From Polyangiaceae bacterium (GTDB taxonomy: Bacteria; Myxococcota_A; Polyangia; Polyangiales; Polyangiaceae), in NCBI GenBank assembly GCA_044376115.1, contig JBILLK010000014.1:173896-237895 (forward strand): DNA of 64,000 bases, read 5' to 3'. Numbering within the stretch: the first letter of the stretch is position 1; each line of letters begins with the position of its first letter. The notes below the pieces were generated by a model. The model was not told the DNA's origin and ran no database searches. It saw only the letters and a list, made by a program, of their open reading frames with translations. Shown here piece after piece: positions 49,005-64,000 of this stretch. Position numbers and translations under genes: made by a program.

Positions 49005-49760
49005 TTACGTCAGTGTGTGATTTCCGGTGTTTGTAGGCGTTGGGCGGCCAGTCATGTCGAGTGCGCCGCGCGCCAACATCAGCATTGCGCTTCGTGCTTG
49101 CGCGAGATCGGTATCCGCAAGGCGGCCAGTCTCAAGCTGGTGGCGCACGATGCCCTCAAGTCCGATCAGAAGCCCGTGCACCAACAAGCTGTTCGGCGGT
49201 TCTCGTCCGGCCTCACGAAACCCGTCCTCGATCATCGCTGCCAGCTCCCGAAACATCGCCTGCCGCCGCAAACCCAATCGTTCACGACGCTGTGCCTCAG
49301 CTTGCAACTGCAGCATCAATCCCGAAGAGCGTTGCGCGGCCAAGAGGAAGATGTCGATGCAGTTGTGAATACGCTCCTCGCCTTGCTTGGCTGAGGCCGA
49401 CGCCAATCGAATCGCCTGCATGAACAGGTCGGCCAAGCCGCGGTGAAGGGCATCGAGAACGTCCTCTTTACTTTTGAACGCCTTGTAGAACGTGCGCCGT
49501 GAAACGCCGGAGGCGCGGAGGATGTCCTCCACCGTCGCGCCCTCGATCCCGTGCGTACGAAACGCCTCCGCAGCACCGGCAAGAATGTGGTTCTGCGAGA
49601 AGAAGCTTGCGAGGAGGTCGCCCGGGAGTCGGCTCGAAGCCGCTGGGCGCTCTCGCTCCGCTGACCGCCCACGCTTCTGGGGCGGAGGCTCAGGGACCTG
49701 CTCCGCAAGCTCAACGGACCGGCCTTTGGGCGAATCTGAGCCACTCGATGCAGCCGTCAC
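49005..49760 (-). CDS. TetR/AcrR family transcriptional regulator
   Basis: GIEGATVEDILRASGVSRRTFYKAFKSKEDV HTH. Confidence 0.93.
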   Translation of the reverse strand: MTAASSGSDSPKGRSVELAEQVPEPPPQKRGRSAERERPAASSRLPGDLLASFFSQNHILAGAAEAFRTHGIEGATVEDILRASGVSRRTFYKAFKSKEDVLDALHRGLADLFMQAIRLASASAKQGEERIHNCIDIFLLAAQRSSGLMLQLQAEAQRRERLGLRRQAMFRELAAMIEDGFREAGREPPNSLLVHGLLIGLEGIVRHQLETGRLADTDLAQARSAMLMLARGALDMTGRPTPTNTGNHTLT

Positions 49761-49937
49761 GGCCGCTTACGCTAGTTCATGCCGTACGCCAGAGCATCAG
49801 GGATCGCTCGGACCGGGAACGAGTTTGTGTGTGCGTCAAAAATGTGGCGCTAGCACCTTGAGTGAGGCCCGCGGCGAACCGTTGAACGAGTGCGGACCAT
49901 TGGCTCGCGATCGTTGGATTGAACCGAGGAGGCCTCG

Positions 49938-51092
49938 ATGCGTTCAGCTCAGGTTGGATTCTTATGCTTTGCGATTGTGAGCGGGTGCACCATCACGCTG
50001 GACGATCCGCAAGCCGACTCCAGCTCTCCAGACACCGAGTTCGATCCAATTCCAACTCCAGAAGGCCCGTTAGACGGCACCCCGTTCGCAGGAGTCAACA
50101 ACGACACGTGCGTTGATGCCGGGGTTATCGATCTCGCACCAGGGGATCTCGCCTTCCGTCACGGCACCTTTCAAGGAGCTTTGGACGACTACAACACCTG
50201 GTGTGCTGACTACGGGGATCCCTACTCGTATCCGGACGTTGTGCACCAGTTGACCCTGATCGACGACTGCGTCGTCGACCTGCTCGTCGATGGCGACGCA
50301 GGCTTCGAGAGCGTTGTTTCCATTCGCTCGGAGGGCTGTGAAATCGACAGCGGATGCTCGTACAAGTCGGGCGCCCTGCAGCGTCTGGTGCTGCCACTCG
50401 AATCCGGGGTGCACTGGGTGGTGCTTTCGGATGCGGGGACGGGTAGCTCGACCTACGCACTCACTGCACGCTGCACAGCGCCCGTATGCGGAGACGCGGT
50501 GGTCAGCAAGGGAGAGGTCTGCGACGACGGCAATACGGCTCCAGGTGATGGCTGCGATGCGCAGTGCCAAGCCGAACCCGCAGACCCCTCGCTCGATACC
50601 TGCGCGGGCGCTAGCGTCGGAACGACAACCAAGATTGCAGTCGGCGAGGTTTTGCAGTTCCCATCGACTGCGCCGCTCGCGACCACCTTAGGAGCCGACG
50701 ACAGCGGGACGGGAAGCTGCAGCTTGCAGCCAGATGGCGTCAGCCTATTCGCGGCGCCCGACCACGTCGTTCGCGTACGCCCACTCCAACCGGGAACGCT
50801 TCGCGTGAGGCTCGGTAACGACCTCGACGGTAATGCCTTCTGCGGCGCGACCGAGCCCGAATACCCTTACCCCGATGGCTGTTACGATCGGGTTCTGCAT
50901 GTGCGCGAGGGCAACTGCGGCGACCCCACGGCAGAGGTCGCTTGCTCTGACAACGCGATGGGCTGGTACTTGACTGAAGAGGTGTCATTCCCAGCCTTGG
51001 ACACGAGGGACTACTTCATCTTCGCGGACGGCTGGAATGACGACGAGTTCGGCGTTGGTACGTACACGCTGTGGGTAACGCTCGAGCCTTAG
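49938..51092 (+). CDS. Lipoprotein with Myxococcus Cys-rich repeat (DUF4215-like) between two PPC-like domains
   Basis: Lipobox VSGC; CGDAVVSKGEVCDDGNTAPGDGCDAQC; duplicated PDxV...Y.L beta-rich domains. Confidence 0.85.
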   Translation: MRSAQVGFLCFAIVSGCTITLDDPQADSSSPDTEFDPIPTPEGPLDGTPFAGVNNDTCVDAGVIDLAPGDLAFRHGTFQGALDDYNTWCADYGDPYSYPDVVHQLTLIDDCVVDLLVDGDAGFESVVSIRSEGCEIDSGCSYKSGALQRLVLPLESGVHWVVLSDAGTGSSTYALTARCTAPVCGDAVVSKGEVCDDGNTAPGDGCDAQCQAEPADPSLDTCAGASVGTTTKIAVGEVLQFPSTAPLATTLGADDSGTGSCSLQPDGVSLFAAPDHVVRVRPLQPGTLRVRLGNDLDGNAFCGATEPEYPYPDGCYDRVLHVREGNCGDPTAEVACSDNAMGWYLTEEVSFPALDTRDYFIFADGWNDDEFGVGTYTLWVTLEP

Positions 51093-51110
51093 CTTGCAGA
51101 GTACAAAGCG

Positions 51111-51138
51111 AAAACGCCGCGCTTTTGCGCGGCGTTTT
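51111..51138. terminator. Intrinsic terminator downstream of rpoC, probably bidirectional
   Basis: AAAACGCCGCGC-TTTT-GCGCGGCGTTTT between convergent genes. Confidence 0.9.
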
Positions 51139-51158
51139 CAGCCTTGAAGGCCTGAGCC

Positions 51159-55445
<4,287 letters not shown>

Positions 55446-55512
55446 TGGTGTTACTTTCCGTTCGAAGTCCCAACGTTCGGACTAGCAGTGGGCCAGAGGG
55501 AAGCGACCGAAG

Positions 55513-59643
<4,131 letters not shown>

Positions 59644-59822
59644 GGGTCCTCCGGACGTGCTCTTTCGAGACGCCGCCACTCTTGGTGGCGGTGCGGCTGT
59701 GTCACCGCTTCAAAGCTCTACGCAACTCGGCCCCGCCCGTGCGGGACGCCGCTCACCACCCAACGCCTTCGACGCTGGATACCCACTGTCGTGGGATTCT
59801 CGCCCTGAGAGGGCGACGGCCC

Positions 59823-59873
59823 GCCCCGCTTGCAGCCCCGACATCGTCGGGGCTTGGTGAACTCAAGCGGGGC
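59823..59873 (-). promoter_or_regulatory. Nested double hairpin after rplL (attenuator or processing-site candidate)
   Basis: GCCCCGCTTG/CAAGCGGGGC outer stem enclosing AGCCCCGAC/GTCGGGGCT. Confidence 0.5.
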
Positions 59874-59886
59874 AGCCGATACCGAA

Positions 59887-60267
59887 TTACTTGAGTTCGA
59901 CCGTTGCGCCAGCCTCGGTGAGCTTCTTCTTGATGTCCTCAGCGTCGGCCTTGCTGACGCCTTCCTTGACGGGCTTCGGTGCAGCCTCAACGAGGTCCTT
60001 CGCTTCCTTGAGACCAAGGCCGGTGAGCTCACGCACAACCTTGATGACCTGGATCTTGTTAGCGCCAGCGTTGGCGAGGATAACGTTGAACTCAGTCTGC
60101 TCTTCCACGACTGCCGCGGGAGCTGCGGGACCAGCAGCCACAGCGACGGCGGCGGGAGCAGCCTTCACGCCCCACTTGTTCTCGAGCTCTTTGATGAGCT
60201 CGGCAAGCTGGATAACGGGAAGGTTGGAGAGGAAATCAACGACCTGATCACGAGAAACGTCTGCCAT
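59887..60267 (-). CDS. rplL: 50S ribosomal protein L7/L12
   Basis: EEQTEF and [24 protein letters not shown] motifs. Confidence 0.99.
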   Translation of the reverse strand: MADVSRDQVVDFLSNLPVIQLAELIKELENKWGVKAAPAAVAVAAGPAAPAAVVEEQTEFNVILANAGANKIQVIKVVRELTGLGLKEAKDLVEAAPKPVKEGVSKADAEDIKKKLTEAGATVELK

Positions 60268-60447
60268 GGGGAGACTCCTTCAAACGGGCGGCTCTACCGA
60301 GCGCGCCAAAGAAAAACCTTGGGGTTATCGTTCTTGACCGTTCGGAGCGCGGGTGATCGCTCGGAACGTCGGCTGGAAACGGGGCTTCACCCTGCCTCTT
60401 CGCGGGGACCAGTCGGTCCAACCGTCCAGCGGCCGCAGCCCGGTCTC

Positions 60448-60966
60448 TCAGCCTTTCTCCTCCTTCGCCTTGAGCAAGTAGGCGAAGTTGGTGGCAGGAG
60501 CTGCAAGCTGCTGCACGAATTGCTGCAACGGGGCTTGCAGAGTCATGAGGAACTGGGCACGGAGTTCATCCTTGCCCGGCATCGTTGCGAGGTCGGACTC
60601 GACGCGGTCGGCTGCAACCAGCTGACCATCAATGAGCCCTCCCTTGATCTTCAGCTTCTCGTTGTCCTTGCGGAACGCCTTGACAACCTTCGCCGCTAGA
60701 CTCGGGTCCTCGTAACTCCAAGCAACACCGGTCATCCCGATAAGGGTCTTGCCAAAGGCGTCAGCCCACGGTTGACCCTTGATCGCCTGCTTGATCAAGG
60801 TGTTCTTCACGACGCGATATTCGACACCTTGCTTGCGAAACTCGTTTCGCAATTTGGTGACCGCGTCGACGGTGAGCCCTTTGAAGTCGAGAATGACGAC
60901 CGAACTCATGCGCCCGAAGCGTTCCTTCACCTCGGCGGTGAGAGTCTCCTTCTGCTTGCGCTCCAT
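60448..60966 (-). CDS. rplJ: 50S ribosomal protein L10
   Basis: DFKGLTV...LR, VVKNTL and LKIKGG motifs; synteny. Confidence 0.97.
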   Translation of the reverse strand: MERKQKETLTAEVKERFGRMSSVVILDFKGLTVDAVTKLRNEFRKQGVEYRVVKNTLIKQAIKGQPWADAFGKTLIGMTGVAWSYEDPSLAAKVVKAFRKDNEKLKIKGGLIDGQLVAADRVESDLATMPGKDELRAQFLMTLQAPLQQFVQQLAAPATNFAYLLKAKEEKG

Positions 60967-60968
60967 GT

Positions 60969-61679
60969 TCAGGCCTCCTCTTTCACGCCGGAGAATTGAA
61001 GCGTATCAACACGCACACCAGGCCCCATCGTGCTGGAGACCGTGATGCTTCGTAGGTAGGTACCCTTCGCGGTCGAGGGCTTCTGCCGTACGAGTGCGTC
61101 GATGAGTGCTCGTGCGTTTGCTTGCAGGTGGTCGGGTTGGAAGGAGACCTTCCCGATTCGAGCGTGGACCACGCCCGCCTTCTCAACGCGGTACTCGATC
61201 TTGCCCGCTTTAGCTTCGGAGACGGCCGTCTTCACGTCCATCGTGACCGTCCCAACCTTGGGGTTGGGCATCAAGCCACGCGGACCTAGGACGCGTCCGA
61301 GCTTACCAACGAGACCCATCATGTCCGGGGTAGCGATCACGCGATCGAAGTCCATGAAGCCTTCTTGAACCTTGTTGACGAGATCCGACTCGCCCACGAA
61401 GTCCGCGCCGGCTGCCTCAGCCTCCTTCGCCTTCTCGCCCTTGGCGAACACGAGCACTCGCAGCTTCTGCCCAGTTCCATGGGGTAGAACGACTGCGCCG
61501 CGGACCATCTGGTCAGCGTGCTTCGGGTTGACACCAAGACGGACCGCTACATCAACCGTCTCGTCGAACTTGGCGAACGCACACTCTTTCACGAGGGTGC
61601 ATGCTTGTTCGAGCGAGTACCGCTGACTTCGGTCGACCTTCTGAATGGCCGCCGTCATTTTTTTGGCGACTTTCGGCAT
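60969..61679 (-). CDS. rplA: 50S ribosomal protein L1
   Basis: [30 protein letters not shown] and STMGPG motifs. Confidence 0.99.
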   Translation of the reverse strand: MPKVAKKMTAAIQKVDRSQRYSLEQACTLVKECAFAKFDETVDVAVRLGVNPKHADQMVRGAVVLPHGTGQKLRVLVFAKGEKAKEAEAAGADFVGESDLVNKVQEGFMDFDRVIATPDMMGLVGKLGRVLGPRGLMPNPKVGTVTMDVKTAVSEAKAGKIEYRVEKAGVVHARIGKVSFQPDHLQANARALIDALVRQKPSTAKGTYLRSITVSSTMGPGVRVDTLQFSGVKEEA

Positions 61680-61692
61680 TCTGTCTCCTTCT

Positions 61693-61710
61693 CTACGGCT
61701 TTCGCCTCCC
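61693..61710 (-). promoter_or_regulatory. Putative L1-binding autoregulatory RNA motif before rplA
   Basis: Minus strand GGGAG-GC-GAAA-GC-CGTAG directly upstream of SD AAGGAG; resembles the L1 target internal loop, but the lower stem is not convincing. Confidence 0.45.
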
Positions 61711-61825
61711 ACGGTTCACGACACACCCAGAAGTGGGTGCACGTTCCGTGGTCGTTTCTTCCGCCTTACTGCTTGCTGCACTGGGTGTCCAACGGACGAC
61801 CCACCTGAGCCGACCGGAGTCGGCA

Positions 61826-62266
61826 TCAATCCTTGATTTCGATTCCCATCGACCGCGCGGTACCGGCGAGGCTCCGCATGGCCGCTTCAACCGAGGCCGC
61901 GTTCGTGTCCTGAATCTTTTGGGTAGCCAAATCCCGGAGCTGGGCCTTCGTAACCGTTCCGACCTTGTTCTTATTCGGCTCCTTGGAGCCGGCGCCCGGC
62001 TTCTTCGAGGTCGGCAGGCCCGCCGCTTTCTTGAGCAGTACGCTGGCCGGCGGCGTCTTGAGGATGAACGTGAAAGAGCGGTCCGAGAAGACGGTGATAA
62101 CAACGGGGATAATCAGATCCCCTTGGTTCGCCGTCTTCGCGTTGAACTCCTTGCAGAAGCCCATGATGTTGACGCCGTGCTGACCGAGCGCGGGACCGAC
62201 GGGCGGCGAAGGGTTGGCCTTGCCGGCGGGGAGTTGCAACTTGACGTACCCAGTGACCTTCTTCAT
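61826..62266 (-). CDS. rplK: 50S ribosomal protein L11
   Basis: [31 protein letters not shown]. Confidence 0.99.
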   Translation of the reverse strand: MKKVTGYVKLQLPAGKANPSPPVGPALGQHGVNIMGFCKEFNAKTANQGDLIIPVVITVFSDRSFTFILKTPPASVLLKKAAGLPTSKKPGAGSKEPNKNKVGTVTKAQLRDLATQKIQDTNAASVEAAMRSLAGTARSMGIEIKD

Positions 62267-62344
62267 GACGACCCCGAATCGATTGAAACGTGAACCGAAG
62301 ATTTAACTAGCCGCGAGGCTTCGCGGACGAGCAACGAAGAGAGA

Positions 62345-62971
62345 TTAGCGACGCTCCACTGCCGAGAAGTCCAACTCGACACTGGTTGGACGCCCAAAGA
62401 TGCTGACCTTGAGCTTCAGCTTCTGCTTGTCGACGTTCACTTCGTCGACCGTGCCGGTGAAGTTTGAGAACGGCCCATCGAGCACGCGAACCTCTTCGCC
62501 GACCTCGAAGGTCAGACGCGGTTTCGGCTTGGCTGTACCTTCAGCTGTCCCGCGGCGCGCGTTCTCGATCTCGGACATAGGCACCTCGAACGGCGTCTGA
62601 TTTCCGAGGAAACCAGTCACCTTGGTCGTGCCCTTGACGAGATGCCAAGCGTTCTCGGCCATCTTCATCTGAATGAAGATGTAGCCAGGGTAGCTGATCT
62701 TTTGTTTGACGCGCGTCTTCCCGCCGGGGCGATTCTCACTCACCTGCTCCGTCGGAATCAGGATCTCACCAAAGAAATCCTCCATCGCGTTTTGTTTGAT
62801 TCGCTGCAGCAGCGAATCGCGAACGCGGGCCTCGTAGCCAGAGTGAGCCTGAATGGCGTACCACTTGAGCGTATTCGAACCTGAGCTGGGCGTCTGCGCG
62901 GCTGTGGGCTTCTCGGTAGGCATCATCGCTGCTCCAAGGTTGGGTTGCGCGGCATCGCTCTCACGTGCCAC
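62345..62971 (-). CDS. nusG: Transcription termination/antitermination factor NusG
   Basis: WYAIQAHSGYE, YPGYIF, KOW GPFSNFTG and SIFGRPT motifs; true start may be the internal MM. Confidence 0.98.
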   Translation of the reverse strand: MARESDAAQPNLGAAMMPTEKPTAAQTPSSGSNTLKWYAIQAHSGYEARVRDSLLQRIKQNAMEDFFGEILIPTEQVSENRPGGKTRVKQKISYPGYIFIQMKMAENAWHLVKGTTKVTGFLGNQTPFEVPMSEIENARRGTAEGTAKPKPRLTFEVGEEVRVLDGPFSNFTGTVDEVNVDKQKLKLKVSIFGRPTSVELDFSAVERR

Positions 62972-63665
62972 CTCCGTAGATGAGGCCCGTTACGAAGCCC
63001 CAGAAACGGTCGAGTAGAAACAGGTAAACAACCGCTACGGCCGTCGTGGTGAGCACTACGGTCGTCGAGTTGATGACGTCTTTTCGTGAAGGCCACTTCA
63101 CCTTCACCAGCTCCGTCGTAACCTCGTCCGACCAAGCCCGAACCGACGGCTTGCGATAGGTCCGAAGCCCAATAAGGAGCGCCAACAGGCCGCCGATCAC
63201 CAAAGAGTAGTTGGCCTTCGACTCGTCGGGCACCGACGCCAGCCACGGCGCGCGGAGGACTACGAAGTCGCGCGCCGACGCGTACTGCCAAAGCCCATCG
63301 ATGGCTTTTCCGAAGACGTACGCACCAAGCAGGATCGAGCTGAAGGCGGCAGCGTAAACGTAGCGCTGAATGCCGAGCTGAGCCGGAAGCGACTCTTCCT
63401 CATCGCCTTCACCAGCAGCCGAGTCTTCACTCGACGCATCGGCGGTCGCAGCGGCCTCCGCGTTCTCATCGCCTGAGCCCTCGTCGTCAGTCGAATCTTC
63501 CGACTCGTCCGATTCGTCCTCGTTCGATTCGGCGTCGGCGTCGTTCGATTCGTCGTCGGCGTCGTTCGACTCGTCGTCGGCGTCCTCGTCACCGTCATCG
63601 CGCGAAGAAGCCTCGCCCTCATCGAGGTCGCGGTCTTGGTCTTCTTCGGAAGTTCGCTTTGCCAT
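62961..63665 (-). CDS. secE: Preprotein translocase SecE with long acidic N-terminal extension
   Basis: ELVKVKWPSRKD + terminal TM helix; two extra TM helices; located between tRNA-Trp and nusG. Confidence 0.93.
   Translation of the reverse strand: MAKRTSEEDQDRDLDEGEASSRDDGDEDADDESNDADDESNDADAESNEDESDESEDSTDDEGSGDENAEAAATADASSEDSAAGEGDEEESLPAQLGIQRYVYAAAFSSILLGAYVFGKAIDGLWQYASARDFVVLRAPWLASVPDESKANYSLVIGGLLALLIGLRTYRKPSVRAWSDEVTTELVKVKWPSRKDVINSTTVVLTTTAVAVVYLFLLDRFWGFVTGLIYGGGT
63522..63584 (-). repeat. 3 x 21-bp coding tandem repeat (DADDESN) in secE
   Basis: GTTCGAYTCGKCGTCGGCGTC at 63522, 63543 and 63564. Confidence 0.9.
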
Positions 63666-63704
63666 GGTGGTTCGGGAGAGGCGGGTCAGCGCTGAGAGTT
63701 CTTG

Positions 63705-63777
63705 CAGGGGCAGAGAGGCTCGAACTCCCGACCTGCGGATTTGGAATCCGCTGCTCTACCAACTGAGCTATACCCCT
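63705..63777 (-). tRNA. tRNA-Trp (CCA)
   Basis: AGGGGTATAGCTCAGTTGGTAGAGCAGCGGATTCCAAATCCGCAGGTCGGGAGTTCGAGCCTCTCTGCCCCTG; 3' CCA not encoded. Confidence 0.97.
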
Positions 63778-63875
63778 AGAATTGTTGCCGTTCCCGGCGA
63801 TTGGGCCGCAGGGACGACCGCCCGCAAGGCCCCTCTACTTTTTCGAGGGCGTTGCGGGCGCTCCTTGGTGGGTGA

Positions 63876-64000
63876 TTACTCGATGATCTTGGTGACGATG
63901 CCTGCGCCAACCGTCTTGCCGCCTTCGCGGATAGCGAAGCGCATCTGCTCTTCGAGAGCGACGGGGGCAATCAGCTGGATGTCCATCGTGATGTTGTCGC
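63876..64000 (-). CDS. tuf: Elongation factor Tu, C-terminal end (truncated by the window edge)
   Basis: [40 protein letters not shown]. Confidence 0.97.
   Translation of the reverse strand, partial: DNITMDIQLIAPVALEEQMRFAIREGGKTVGAGIVTKIIE

Overview
GC-rich bacterial chromosome segment that looks myxobacterial, probably Polyangiaceae/Sorangiineae (inference from PEGA/TPR, DUF2330 with a MYXO-CTERM-like tail, Cys-rich repeat lipoproteins, DUF4388 and a Hanks kinase). It is mostly core genome: the tuf-tRNA-Trp-secE-nusG-rplKAJL-rpoBC cluster, prs/rplY-pth-rpsF-rpsR-rplI, fmt, ribF, panB, rimK, hppA and tRNA-Ala, interspersed with lipid-metabolism enzymes and many uncharacterised lipoproteins. 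No mobile element, prophage, CRISPR array or defence island is visible. The best leads are: (1) a three-hairpin structured element at about 9100-9255 that partly covers the ribosome-binding site of a 74-aa membrane ORF; (2) a MinD/FlhG-ATPase / HPD-less J-domain / RodZ-type HTH fusion co-oriented with a LysM protein and a Ser/Thr kinase; (3) an MshEN / HD-GYP / REC / DUF4388 protein in which each signalling motif is degenerate; (4) a split ALDH16-like gene pair; (5) unusual leader and spacer organisation of the rplKAJL operon plus a SecE with a long acidic extension. All calls are by eye from motifs. No searches or folding programs were run, and several start codons are my reassignments.
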